From NCBI RefSeq assembly GCF_900545545.1, contig NZ_UQZO01000012.1: a DNA stretch of 64,000 bases; one strand, given 5' to 3'. Each line of letters opens with the position of its first letter. The stretch's first letter is position 1. Positions 31,021 through 40,217 of the stretch are shown piece by piece. This stretch comes from an uncultured Subdoligranulum sp. (lineage in GTDB: Bacteria > Bacillota > Clostridia > Oscillospirales > Ruminococcaceae). The position numbers were made by a program, and so were the translations under genes. Below the pieces are notes generated by a model, which ran no database searches, had not been told where the DNA came from, and saw only the letters and a program-made list of their open reading frames with translations.

Positions 31021-32184
31021 TTATTCAGCAGGCGGCACGTCGATTTCCATATCCGCCTGCGGGTAGGTCACACAGGGGTGAATAAAGCCGAATTTGCGGT
31101 CGGCGGCACGGCGGCCATCCCGGCCATCGGCCACCAGGTAGTCACCGCCCAGCCATTTGCTGTGGCAGTAACCGCAGCCGCCGGCGCGGCACTTGTTGGG
31201 CGCCTGGATACCGGCACGCTCCATGGCCACCAGCAGCGTCTCATCCTCCCGGGCGGGCACGGTGCAGACCTTGTCCCGGATGTGGACGGTAAGGGTGAAG
31301 GTGCGGGGATTTTCCACATTCCGGGCACCGCAGCAGGTGGCATCCTTGCGAACTGCCTTGAGGGGCAGCCCCAGCGGGGCCAGTTCTTTCTGGATAAAGG
31401 CGTACATCGCCGCCGGGCCGCAGAGGAAGAAGGTCACCTGCTGCAGATCGGCGTACCTGGCCATCAGCTCCGCCGAGACAAAGCCGTGCTCGTAGCCTTC
31501 CCGGGTCTCATCGCTGAGAACGTAGACAACTTTCAGCACCCCCTCGGCAGCCAGGGCGTCCAGCTCGGCCTTGTAGGCCAGGTGGGCTGCGTCCCGGGCA
31601 CCGTAGAAGAGTAGCATCTCGTAGGGCTCGTCCCCCTCCTTGCGGCTCTTGGCCATGGATACAAAGGGGGTGATGCCGCTGCCGCCCGCCACGCAGACGA
31701 TCTGCTTGTGGTCCCGCAGCGTTTCGTAGTGGAATTCACCGGCGGGCTCGGTCATGAGAAAGCGGTCCCCCACCTTGGCCTGGCGGTTGAGGTAGTCCGA
31801 GAAGAAACCGGCGTCCTCGATGCCCAGGGTGAGTTTGTTTTCCAGCGCTTCCCGGGGGCTGGAGGAGATGGAGTAGGGGCGGCTGACCACGCTGCCCTCC
31901 ACCGTGCCCTGAAGCGAGACATACTGCCCCGCCCGGAAGAAGGGGAAGGCCTCGGCGTCGGTGCGGCGGAAGGTCAGTTCGGTCATGCGGTCGGTGAGGG
32001 GGCGCACGGCGGTGACCTCCACCCCCATGCGGCCGGGATGCAGCGCCTTGGCCATCTCGTTGACACGGTAGTGCTGGGGCAGCGGCGTGTCCGCGCCGGA
32101 TTCCAGCGCCTTGCGGCGGTTGGGCACCAGCTTGGTGAAGCGGAGCATATCCATAAATCCGAAGATCTGTTTCTTGAATTTCAT
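31021..32184 (-). CDS. FNR-like FAD/NAD(P)H oxidoreductase with C-terminal [2Fe-2S] ferredoxin
   Basis: Motifs RAGQY, RPYSISS, AGGSGITPF, FLCGP and CRAGGCGYC...C. Start reset to MKFKK. Confidence 0.9.
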   Translation of the reverse strand: MKFKKQIFGFMDMLRFTKLVPNRRKALESGADTPLPQHYRVNEMAKALHPGRMGVEVTAVRPLTDRMTELTFRRTDAEAFPFFRAGQYVSLQGTVEGSVVSRPYSISSSPREALENKLTLGIEDAGFFSDYLNRQAKVGDRFLMTEPAGEFHYETLRDHKQIVCVAGGSGITPFVSMAKSRKEGDEPYEMLLFYGARDAAHLAYKAELDALAAEGVLKVVYVLSDETREGYEHGFVSAELMARYADLQQVTFFLCGPAAMYAFIQKELAPLGLPLKAVRKDATCCGARNVENPRTFTLTVHIRDKVCTVPAREDETLLVAMERAGIQAPNKCRAGGCGYCHSKWLGGDYLVADGRDGRRAADRKFGFIHPCVTYPQADMEIDVPPAE

Positions 32185-32185
32185 A

Positions 32186-33736
32186 TCACTGCGCCTCCTT
32201 CTTGAGATCGCCCACCGTCTGGCGGCCGGACAGATCGCCCGACACATAGGCACTGGAATAACCGCTGGAACGCATGGCGTAGCCGCCCGCGAACCGCAGG
32301 CCCGGACAGAGGGCGGCGTCCTCTTTCATCATCATCATGCGGGGCATCAGGCTGTCCCAATCGGCGGTTTCGTAGCCGTAGATGACGCCCTGGGGATGGC
32401 CGCAGTACCGGGCATAGGTGGTGGGGGAAGCCACGGCGATCTCCTCGATGGCATCGCGGATCTTGCAGCCGGTCTCCCGCTCAAAGACGTTGATCATATC
32501 CTCGGCCACACGGTCCTTGGCCTTGAAGTAGTCGGTCTCGGAAACGTTGCCCCAGTCGTCGGACATGAACATGGTGGTGAAATACATCATGCAGGTGCCG
32601 GCGGGCGAACATTCGGGGTAGGCATTGTTCAGGCAGACGGTGGCCTGCACGTGGTTGGTGGAGACCTTGCGCATCAGGTCATACTGCCGGGCACTGTCGG
32701 CCGTATCATAAATAAAGTAGTTGTGGCTCTTGATGCCCAGTTCCTCGGCAGACTTGTTAAGGCCCAGGAACAGCGTAAAGCCGCGCCCCGCAAAGGTGCG
32801 GGCGTTGGTGGCACGGAGCTGGGCTTCGGTGACGGCCTCTTTGTCCAGCATCTTGCCGAACACCAGATGGGGCGAGCAGTTGGCAATGACGTGGCGGGTC
32901 TCGATGACGGTGCCGTCGGTGAGCTGCACGCCGGTGATGGCCTTGTTGGCATCGGTGAGGATGGACGCCGCCTCGGAGTGGTACCAGATATCGCCGCCCA
33001 GTTCCCGGATGCGGGTATCCATGGCCAGGCTGATCTCGTGGGAGCGCATTTTGGGCATCCAGGCATCCCGGGTGATGTACCGGATGACCATGGAGCCGTA
33101 GTGCAGAAAGCTCAGGCGGTCGCAGTCCACGCCCAGGTAGCACCAGTAGGCGTTGAGGATATCCTGGGCGGCCTTGGGCATCTTGAGGGCGTCCAGCACC
33201 TCGTTCACCGAGTAGCTGCCCGCCTTGATGAAGTTGGGGAAATGGGACTTCATATACTCGGAATCGGTGTTGCCGTTCACCGAGTTGGAGTAGGTCTGGG
33301 CGTCCCGCACCTCGTTGCACAGTTCAAAGAATTCCGTCATGGATTTACGGGAACCCGGCACATACTGCTCCATCTTGTCGATGAACGCCTCCACGCCGAA
33401 GGGCATCTCGCAGTCGTATTTCTTGTCGGTGGTGAGGAGGTGGTACGCTTCGGGGATGCGCACCCAGTCGATCTTATCCTCCACGCCCAGGTCGCGGAAC
33501 AGCGTGCGGATATCGCCGGGGGCTTCGGGGGAGCCGAAGTCGTTGAGCTCGTGCAGGCTGGTCTCAAACTCAAAGCGGCCCCGCTTGAAGCTGGTGGCAA
33601 AGCCGCCGGGCAGGTTGTGTTTTTCCAGCAGCAGGCAGGAGTAGCCCCCCTGCAGCACACGGATGGCCGCCGTCAGGCCGCCGTTGCCGGCGCCGATGAC
33701 CACCACGTCATAGCGCTTTGCGGTTTGTTTTTCCAT
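32186..33736 (-). CDS. Phytoene desaturase/CrtI-RetSat-like FAD-dependent oxidoreductase
   Basis: VIGAGNGG Rossmann motif, EKHNLPGG.ATSF.RG.FEF.TSLH, ASPTT.ARY..HP.G..YG and GL.FAGG. Confidence 0.85.
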   Translation of the reverse strand: MEKQTAKRYDVVVIGAGNGGLTAAIRVLQGGYSCLLLEKHNLPGGFATSFKRGRFEFETSLHELNDFGSPEAPGDIRTLFRDLGVEDKIDWVRIPEAYHLLTTDKKYDCEMPFGVEAFIDKMEQYVPGSRKSMTEFFELCNEVRDAQTYSNSVNGNTDSEYMKSHFPNFIKAGSYSVNEVLDALKMPKAAQDILNAYWCYLGVDCDRLSFLHYGSMVIRYITRDAWMPKMRSHEISLAMDTRIRELGGDIWYHSEAASILTDANKAITGVQLTDGTVIETRHVIANCSPHLVFGKMLDKEAVTEAQLRATNARTFAGRGFTLFLGLNKSAEELGIKSHNYFIYDTADSARQYDLMRKVSTNHVQATVCLNNAYPECSPAGTCMMYFTTMFMSDDWGNVSETDYFKAKDRVAEDMINVFERETGCKIRDAIEEIAVASPTTYARYCGHPQGVIYGYETADWDSLMPRMMMMKEDAALCPGLRFAGGYAMRSSGYSSAYVSGDLSGRQTVGDLKKEAQ

Positions 33737-33753
33737 AAAAACCTCCTTACAGT

Positions 33754-34341
33754 TCAAAGGATCAGATTGCGGGAGCGCCCCAGCCAGTATTGCAGCTGGG
33801 CGTCATCGCTGATACCTTTATAATGGCGCAGGATAATGCAGTAAAACTCGGTCAGTTCCCGCTCAATGTCCTCTTCGCTCATCTCGCAGTAATCAATGGC
33901 CAGCATGACACCCAGCCCATAGCAGCGCATCTGCATCTGGTGGTGCATCCGGCGTGCGGTGTCCGGTTCCATCTCCAGATTCTGGCTGAGCAGCCGGATG
34001 GTCTCATCGTAGTTGATGTCGTCCAGTGTTTCCCCCGGTTCGCGCCGGCGCAGGTAGACAAAGCGGAAGAGCTCCTTCTCCTGCCGGGCAAAGTTGAGGA
34101 AATGCCGGCCGAACTCCTTGTAATTGCTGCAGCGGAACTGCAGATAGTGTTCCCGCACATAGGGCAAAAGCTCGGCCCGCAGCTGCTCCACGCTCTCAAA
34201 TTCATAGTAGAGCGGCTGGGTGGAACAGCCCAGCATGGCGGCGATGTTGCGCACTGTAAGCGCCTGTTCCCCTTTTTCGCGGATGACATCCACTGCAGCA
34301 CGCAGGATCGCCTGTTTTTCAATCCGTTTGGTTCGCGGCAT
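33754..34341 (-). CDS. TetR/AcrR family transcriptional regulator
   Basis: HTH LTVRNIAAMLGCSTQPLYYEF and RBS AGGAGG. Confidence 0.92.
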   Translation of the reverse strand: MPRTKRIEKQAILRAAVDVIREKGEQALTVRNIAAMLGCSTQPLYYEFESVEQLRAELLPYVREHYLQFRCSNYKEFGRHFLNFARQEKELFRFVYLRRREPGETLDDINYDETIRLLSQNLEMEPDTARRMHHQMQMRCYGLGVMLAIDYCEMSEEDIERELTEFYCIILRHYKGISDDAQLQYWLGRSRNLIL

Positions 34342-34359
34342 GGCTCCCTCCTTTTTTTG

Positions 34360-34371
34360 TAACAGATGTTA
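34360..34371. promoter_or_regulatory. Candidate TetR operator
   Basis: Palindrome TAACA-GA-TGTTA between a minus-strand TGaTACAAT -10 (34384-34392) and the tetR RBS. Confidence 0.55.
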
Positions 34372-34583
34372 TTTTATGATTCCATTGTATCACGCCTTGT
34401 TAAAAAAGCAACAAAAATTTTGCAGATTTTACGAGTTTTTTATGGTTTTTATAGCGGAATACGGCAGATTCTTCCCCGTACCTTCCCCTCCCGGGGCGGC
34501 GGGCCGCACACTGCCGACCGCGGGGGGATGCTTTCTGTGCCAGGCCCGGGCAAAAGGTACATTTCGGCGCCGTTCGACAGCGC

Positions 34584-34612
34584 TTGACACCCCCCTGCCA
34601 ACGCAGTAGGAT
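34584..34612 (+). promoter_or_regulatory. Sigma-A promoter for MATE gene
   Basis: TTGACA-17 nt-TAGGAT. Confidence 0.6.
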
Positions 34613-34655
34613 AGTATAGAAAAGAAATACAAAACAGCAGAGGTGTAGGAAAAGA

Positions 34656-36017
34656 GTGTTTGAAAAAAATGTTTCCCTGACCAGCGGCAGCGTGGCCAAG
34701 GGCATGCTTGTGTTTGCCATTCCCATCTTCTTCAGCAACCTGTTCCAGCAGCTGTACAACGCCGTGGACTCGCTGATCGTGGGCAACTTTCTGGGCGGTG
34801 AAGCGCTGGCGGCCGTGGGTTCTTCCGGCAGCCTGATTTTTTTGCTTACCGGCTTTGTGAACGGCGTCAGCCTGGGCGCCGGTGTGCTGGTGGCCCGCCA
34901 CTACGGCGCCAAGGATGATACCGCCCTGCGCCGGGCCGTACATACCACGGTGGCCCTGGGCCTGGCCGCCGGTGTGGCCCTGAGCGTTATCGGCGTATTG
35001 CTGACCCCCCAGATCCTGCGCTGGATGGACACCCCCGAGGAAGTGCTGCCCAATTCCATCATCTATTTCCGGGTGTACTTTATGGGGTCCCTTTCGGTGG
35101 TCATGTACAACGTGGGCGCCAGTATTCTGCAATCGGTGGGTGACAGCCGCAGTCCTATGCGTTACCTGATCACCGCCTCCATCCTCAACGTCATTCTGGA
35201 CCTGTGGTTCATTGCCGGGCTGCACATGGGGGTGGGCGGCGCCGCGCTGGCCACCATCCTGTCCCAGACCGTCAGCGCCGTGCTGGCCTTCCGCAAACTG
35301 ACGCTGAGCCGGGAATCCTACGGCGTGCGCTGGCGGGAAGTAAAATTCCACCCCGCCACTCTGCGGGCCGTGGTGGCCCAGGGTGTGCCCTCCGGCGTGC
35401 AGAACTCGGTGATCTCCATCGCCAACGTGATCGTGCAGGCCAACATCAACGCCTTTGGTGCCAACGCCATGGCGGGCTGCGGCGCCTACAGCAAGGTGGA
35501 AGGCTTCGCCTTCCTGCCGGTGACCTGTTTTTCCATGGCGCTGGCCACCTTCATAAGTCAGAACATCGGCGCAGGCCAGCTGGACCGGGTGCGCAAGGGT
35601 ATGCGGTTTGGCATCCTCACCTCCTCCCTGCTGGCGGAATGTGTGGGCTTTGCCATGTTTGCCCTGGCCCCCTGGCTGATCGGTGCCTTCAACCACGAGG
35701 CCGACGTCATCGCCTTCGGCGTGCAGCAGGCCCGCACCGTGTCCCTGTTCTACTGCCTGCTGGCCTTCAGCCACTGCTGCGCCGGTATCCTGCGTGGCCT
35801 GGGCCGCCCGGTGGTGCCCATGGTCATCATGCTGGCCATCTGGTGCGCGCTGCGCATCACCTACATCACCGTTACGGTGCACTTTATCCCGCAGATTTCG
35901 GTCATTTTCTGGGCGTACCCCCTCACCTGGACCATCAGTTCGGTGCTGTTTGCCTGGTACCTGACCCACTGCCCCATGCCCACCCCCGGCGGCGGTGCCC
36001 AGCAGCATCCAGCCTAA
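34656..36017 (+). CDS. MATE family efflux transporter
   Basis: Motifs QQLYNAVDSLIVG, GDSRSP, NVILD and SQNIGAG..RV. About 12 TM segments. Confidence 0.95.
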   Translation: MFEKNVSLTSGSVAKGMLVFAIPIFFSNLFQQLYNAVDSLIVGNFLGGEALAAVGSSGSLIFLLTGFVNGVSLGAGVLVARHYGAKDDTALRRAVHTTVALGLAAGVALSVIGVLLTPQILRWMDTPEEVLPNSIIYFRVYFMGSLSVVMYNVGASILQSVGDSRSPMRYLITASILNVILDLWFIAGLHMGVGGAALATILSQTVSAVLAFRKLTLSRESYGVRWREVKFHPATLRAVVAQGVPSGVQNSVISIANVIVQANINAFGANAMAGCGAYSKVEGFAFLPVTCFSMALATFISQNIGAGQLDRVRKGMRFGILTSSLLAECVGFAMFALAPWLIGAFNHEADVIAFGVQQARTVSLFYCLLAFSHCCAGILRGLGRPVVPMVIMLAIWCALRITYITVTVHFIPQISVIFWAYPLTWTISSVLFAWYLTHCPMPTPGGGAQQHPA

Positions 36018-36100
36018 TTTTGTGTAAGACAAAACGCGAAGAACTGTACAAAAATGCCATTGATTTTGCGTTGCAGCGGGTGTATCATAGAATGAGCGCA

Positions 36101-36190
36101 TCCTGCAAAATTACACTGCAACCTCGGAAACAGTGCAAGGGTTTTCCGGTCGGGTTCCGGCCGGGGAACCCGCTGTTTTTTTTGCAAGGA
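36101..36190 (+). promoter_or_regulatory. Candidate structured leader/attenuator with terminator
   Basis: Follows TTGATT-17-TATCAT (36060-36088). Contains a CACTG/CAGTG hairpin, alternative GC stems and a T8 tract before the dehydratase gene. Confidence 0.45.
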
Positions 36191-36223
36191 AACGGGCGCG
36201 GAGAGTAGAGAGAGGAAAATCGT

Positions 36224-37513
36224 ATGCAAGTAGTAGAAACCTTTGGGCGCACCGTGGAGGCCTGGAGCAACCAGAACCCCGCCCGCGCACGCAAGTTGCT
36301 GCGCACCGGCTGGGAAGCCCAGAACCTGAAAAACCGGCTTACCCCCGACAAACGCCTGCAGCCGGCGGACCGCAAACTGGCCCGCATCATGATGGACGCC
36401 ATGCTGGCGCCCCTGCAGGACCCCGAACACTCGGCCATGGTCAGCGTGTTCACCCCCTGCGAAATGCTGCAGGAAGCGGGCCTCAACCCTTATAACGTGG
36501 AGGCGTTCTCCTGTTATCTGTCTGCCTCCCAGGCGGAGCGGGGCTTTTTGCAGCAGGCCGAAAACACCGGCATTTCCGAAACCCTGTGCAGCTACCACAA
36601 GACCTTTCTGGGCGCGGCCCAGAAGGGCGTGCTGCCCAAACCCAAGTGCATCGTCTACACCAACCTGACCTGCGATGCCAACCTGCTGACCTTCCGCACG
36701 CTGAGCCAGCTGTACCACGTGCAGCCCTTTGCCATCGACGTGCCCATGCAGCAGAACGAGGAAAACGTGGAATATGTGGCCGCCCAGCTGCGGGCACTGG
36801 CGGCCTTTCTGGAACAGCAGACCGGCCACAAGATCGAAGAAGACGCCCTGAAAGAGCGGCTGCGCCGTTCCAAACGCACGCTGGAAAAATACCGCGCCTA
36901 CCAGCAAAAACGCGCCGACCGGTATGTGCCCACCGATCTGGTGACGCCGCTGTACTGCGGCATGACCAACAACATCCTGCTGGGCACGCCCCAGGTGGAA
37001 GCCTACGTGGACCAGCTGCTGCAAGACGCGGAGAAAGCCCCTGCCGCCAAAGGCAAGCGCATCTACTGGATGCACACCATCCCCTTCTGGTCCGATGCCA
37101 TCAAGGAGGACCTGCTCTTCCGGGAGGACGCCCAGATCGTGGGCTGTGAGCTGAGCGAAGTGTGCGAGCCGGACTTTGACCCCGAGCACCCCTATGAAGC
37201 CATGGCCCACCGGATGGTGTACCATGCCCTCAACGGCAGCGCCCTGCGCCGCATCGAGGCGGGTATCCGCCACGCCAAACAGGTGGGGGCCGACGGTGTG
37301 GTATGGTTTGACCACTGGGGCTGCAAGCACACCCTGGGTGCCGCCCAGCTGGCCAAAAAGAAGTTTGAGGAAGCGGGTCTGCCGCTGCTGATCCTGGACG
37401 GCGACGGCTGCGACCGCAGCCACGGCGGCGAGGGCCAGACCTCCACCCGACTGGGCGCCTTTTTGGAGATGCTGAACGAACCGGGCCGCACCGAGGAAGG
37501 AGCGCAAGGATGA
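36224..37513 (+). CDS. 2-hydroxyacyl-CoA dehydratase family subunit (HgdA/B-like)
   Basis: Cys motifs ETLCSYHK, NLTCDAN and HWGCK, with ADGVVWF and GQTSTRLGAFLEML. Confidence 0.85.
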   Translation: MQVVETFGRTVEAWSNQNPARARKLLRTGWEAQNLKNRLTPDKRLQPADRKLARIMMDAMLAPLQDPEHSAMVSVFTPCEMLQEAGLNPYNVEAFSCYLSASQAERGFLQQAENTGISETLCSYHKTFLGAAQKGVLPKPKCIVYTNLTCDANLLTFRTLSQLYHVQPFAIDVPMQQNEENVEYVAAQLRALAAFLEQQTGHKIEEDALKERLRRSKRTLEKYRAYQQKRADRYVPTDLVTPLYCGMTNNILLGTPQVEAYVDQLLQDAEKAPAAKGKRIYWMHTIPFWSDAIKEDLLFREDAQIVGCELSEVCEPDFDPEHPYEAMAHRMVYHALNGSALRRIEAGIRHAKQVGADGVVWFDHWGCKHTLGAAQLAKKKFEEAGLPLLILDGDGCDRSHGGEGQTSTRLGAFLEMLNEPGRTEEGAQG

Positions 37514-39171
37514 ACAAGACCTATTATGTGTGCAAATACACCCCCATCGAGCTGCTGACCGCCCTGGGCGCCGAGTGTGAAAACCTGAACGGCATGCAGG
37601 AAGGGTTTGACCGGGCCGACCAGCTGGCGCACTCCAACATCTGCGGTTTCGGCAAATCCCTGCTGGAAGCGGTGATGAGCGGCCAGGTCCACGAGCTGGT
37701 ACTGGTGAACTGCTGCGATACCATCCGCAGCGTCTACGATGTATTGGAGGAGAGCGGCAAGCTGGATTTCCTCTACCTTGTGGATATGCTGCACAGCGGC
37801 GGCGAATGCAGCCGCCAGCGCACCGCCGCCCAGCTGAAAGGGCTGGCCAAAGCCTACGCCGCCTACAAGGGCACCACCTTTGACGCCGAAGCCTTCCGGG
37901 CGGCCTTCCATGCCCCCGAAAAGGCCCGCGGCCCCCACATCAGCGTGCTGGGCGCCCGCATGGGCAAGGAACTGTTCGAGATGGTACAGAACGCCATGCC
38001 CTACCCGGTGGAGAACGAGACCTGCGTGCACAACCGGTCGGTGGGCGAAGTGCTGCCGCCGGAGGACGCCGATTTTGACGCCCTGATGGAGTGGTATGCC
38101 GCCGAGCTGCTGGGGCAGGTGCCCTGCATGCGGATGATGGACAACACCGGCCGCAAGCGACTGTTCAACGACCCCGACCTGAAAGGCATCATCTACCATA
38201 CGGTAAAATTCTGCGATTTTTACAGCTTTGAGTACGCCCAGGTCAAACAGAATGTGGCGGTGCCGCTGCTGAAGATCGAATCCGACTATACGTTGCAGAG
38301 CAGCGGCCAGCTGCTGACCCGCCTGGAGGCTTTTGCCGAGAGCATGGACCCCAGCCAGGGCGAGGGGAAGGAGATCAAGATGGGAAAAGGTTATTTTGCA
38401 GGCATTGACAGCGGTTCCACCAGCACCGATGTGGTGATTCTGGACAAGGACAAAAAGATGGTCACCGGTGTGATTCTGCCCACCGGCGCCGGCGCCGCCG
38501 TGGGAGCCGAGCGCGCTTTGGAGCAGGCGCTGGAACAGGCCGGGCTGACGCGCGGCGACATTGACGCCATTGTCACCACCGGCTACGGCCGCACGGCCAT
38601 CCAGGACGGCGACAAGAGCATTACCGAGATCACCTGCCACGCCCGGGGCGCCCATTACCTGGACCCCAACGTGCGCACCGTCATTGACATCGGCGGCCAG
38701 GACAGCAAGGTCATCCGTCTGGATGAAAACGGCGCGGTGGTGAACTTTGTCATGAACGACAAGTGCGCCGCCGGTACCGGCCGCTTCCTGGAAATGATGG
38801 CCCGCACCATGGAGATGAGCCTGGACGATATGAGCAAGGCCGGTCTGCACTACAAGGAAGATATCACCATCTCCAGCATGTGCACGGTGTTTGCCGAGTC
38901 CGAGGTGGTCTCGCTGATTGCCCAGAACAAGCCCACCGACGACATCGTTCACGGCCTGAACAAGGCGGTAGCCTCCAAGACCGCCGCCCTGGCCAAGCGT
39001 GTGGGCGGTGAGGAACGCTACATGATGACCGGCGGCGTTTCCAAAAACGAAGGGTTGGTCAAGACACTGGAAGAAAAACTGGGCACCACCCTGGTAGTCA
39101 GCGACAAGGCCCAGCTCTGCGGTGCCCTGGGCGCCGCCCTCTTCGCCATGGATATGGTGGAAACCCAGTAA
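37510..39171 (+). CDS. Fusion: 2-hydroxyacyl-CoA dehydratase-family subunit + ATP-dependent activase (HgdC/BcrAD ASKHA)
   Basis: N-half ends GQLLTRLEAFAES. C-half has GIDSGSTST, TGYGR, DIGGQDSK, NDKCAAGTGRFLE and SMCTVFAESEV. Confidence 0.9.
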   Translation: MNKTYYVCKYTPIELLTALGAECENLNGMQEGFDRADQLAHSNICGFGKSLLEAVMSGQVHELVLVNCCDTIRSVYDVLEESGKLDFLYLVDMLHSGGECSRQRTAAQLKGLAKAYAAYKGTTFDAEAFRAAFHAPEKARGPHISVLGARMGKELFEMVQNAMPYPVENETCVHNRSVGEVLPPEDADFDALMEWYAAELLGQVPCMRMMDNTGRKRLFNDPDLKGIIYHTVKFCDFYSFEYAQVKQNVAVPLLKIESDYTLQSSGQLLTRLEAFAESMDPSQGEGKEIKMGKGYFAGIDSGSTSTDVVILDKDKKMVTGVILPTGAGAAVGAERALEQALEQAGLTRGDIDAIVTTGYGRTAIQDGDKSITEITCHARGAHYLDPNVRTVIDIGGQDSKVIRLDENGAVVNFVMNDKCAAGTGRFLEMMARTMEMSLDDMSKAGLHYKEDITISSMCTVFAESEVVSLIAQNKPTDDIVHGLNKAVASKTAALAKRVGGEERYMMTGGVSKNEGLVKTLEEKLGTTLVVSDKAQLCGALGAALFAMDMVETQ

Positions 39172-39178
39172 AGTTTGC

Positions 39179-39218
39179 AAAAAAAGACCTGCTTTCGTAA
39201 GAAAGCAGGTCTTTTTTT
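39179..39218. terminator. Bidirectional intrinsic terminator
   Basis: AAAAAAAGACCTGCTTTC/GAAAGCAGGTCTTTTTTT. Confidence 0.85.
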
Positions 39219-39223
39219 GTTAG

Positions 39224-39838
39224 TTACCGCAGCAGGGCGGGGTCGATGGGATGCTGTTTGAAGTAGTATTCCCGGTCGTTATCGCTGATGGGACGCAGCA
39301 CCCGGCAGGGATTGCCCACCGCCACCACGTTGTCGGGCAGGTCCTTGGTGACCACGCTGCCGGCACCCACCACCACGTTATCCCCGATGGTGACGCCCGG
39401 CAGAAGGACAGCCCCGGCGCCGATCCAGCAATTTTTCCCGATGTGCACCGCCGCGTTGTACTGGTACCCTTGAGCCCGCAGCTGGGGCAGAATGGGATGT
39501 CCCGCCGTAGCCACCGTGACGTTGGGGCCGAACATAGTGTAGTCCCCCACATAGATGTGGGTATCGTCCACCAGGGTCAGGTTGAAGTTGGCGTAGACAT
39601 TTTTGCCGAAATGGACGAACTTGCCGCCGAAGTTGGCGTGCAGGGGCGGTTCGATGTAGCAGCCCTCCCCGATCTCCGCAAACATTTCTTTCAGCAATGC
39701 CGCGCGCTTTTCCCCTTCCCCGGGGCGGGTCTGGTTGTAATCATAGAGTTTTTCCAGGCAGCGGGTCTGCTCCTCCACAATGGCGGGGTCGTTGGGCAGG
39801 TAGAGGGCGGTCTGGTGCATCTTTTCCTGTTCGGTCAT
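39224..39838 (-). CDS. Sugar O-acetyltransferase (LacA/Maa hexapeptide family)
   Basis: Motifs YIEPP.HANFGG, PNVTVATAGHP and GAGSVVTKDLPDNVVAVGNPCRV. Confidence 0.93.
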   Translation of the reverse strand: MTEQEKMHQTALYLPNDPAIVEEQTRCLEKLYDYNQTRPGEGEKRAALLKEMFAEIGEGCYIEPPLHANFGGKFVHFGKNVYANFNLTLVDDTHIYVGDYTMFGPNVTVATAGHPILPQLRAQGYQYNAAVHIGKNCWIGAGAVLLPGVTIGDNVVVGAGSVVTKDLPDNVVAVGNPCRVLRPISDNDREYYFKQHPIDPALLR

Positions 39839-40083
39839 AGGTAATCTTCCTCCCATTCTTCTTCGGCCTGCTCCGCCGCCAGATGAAGCAGCTTGGCCAT
39901 CAGCGGCAGGTAGGTCACAAAAAACAGCGGCAGGCCGATGGCCACTGCGGTCTTTTTGTATTTGGGCGGGACCATCGCCCCCACGGTGATGCCCAACCCC
40001 AACAGGCAGAATTTGAGCAGTGCTATGGTTTTCCAGTCGGATTCCTGCAGATAGCGGTCCGCCAAAGCAAACAGTTTTTTCAT
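39835..40083 (-). CDS. Small two-TM hypothetical protein
   Basis: RBS GGGAGGGA, hydrophobic segments, overlaps the downstream acetyltransferase start. Confidence 0.7.
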   Translation of the reverse strand: MKKLFALADRYLQESDWKTIALLKFCLLGLGITVGAMVPPKYKKTAVAIGLPLFFVTYLPLMAKLLHLAAEQAEEEWEEDYL

Positions 40084-40217
40084 CTACGGTCCCTCCCGTT
40101 CATTTTTCTTCATTATGGCAGATTTCACCACCGGTGTAAAGCCTGCCGCGCCCCTTTTTGGCAGAAATCAAAAAAGCGGTGCCGCCCCGCCGGGAAGCAC
40201 CGCTCCTATGTAGTTTT

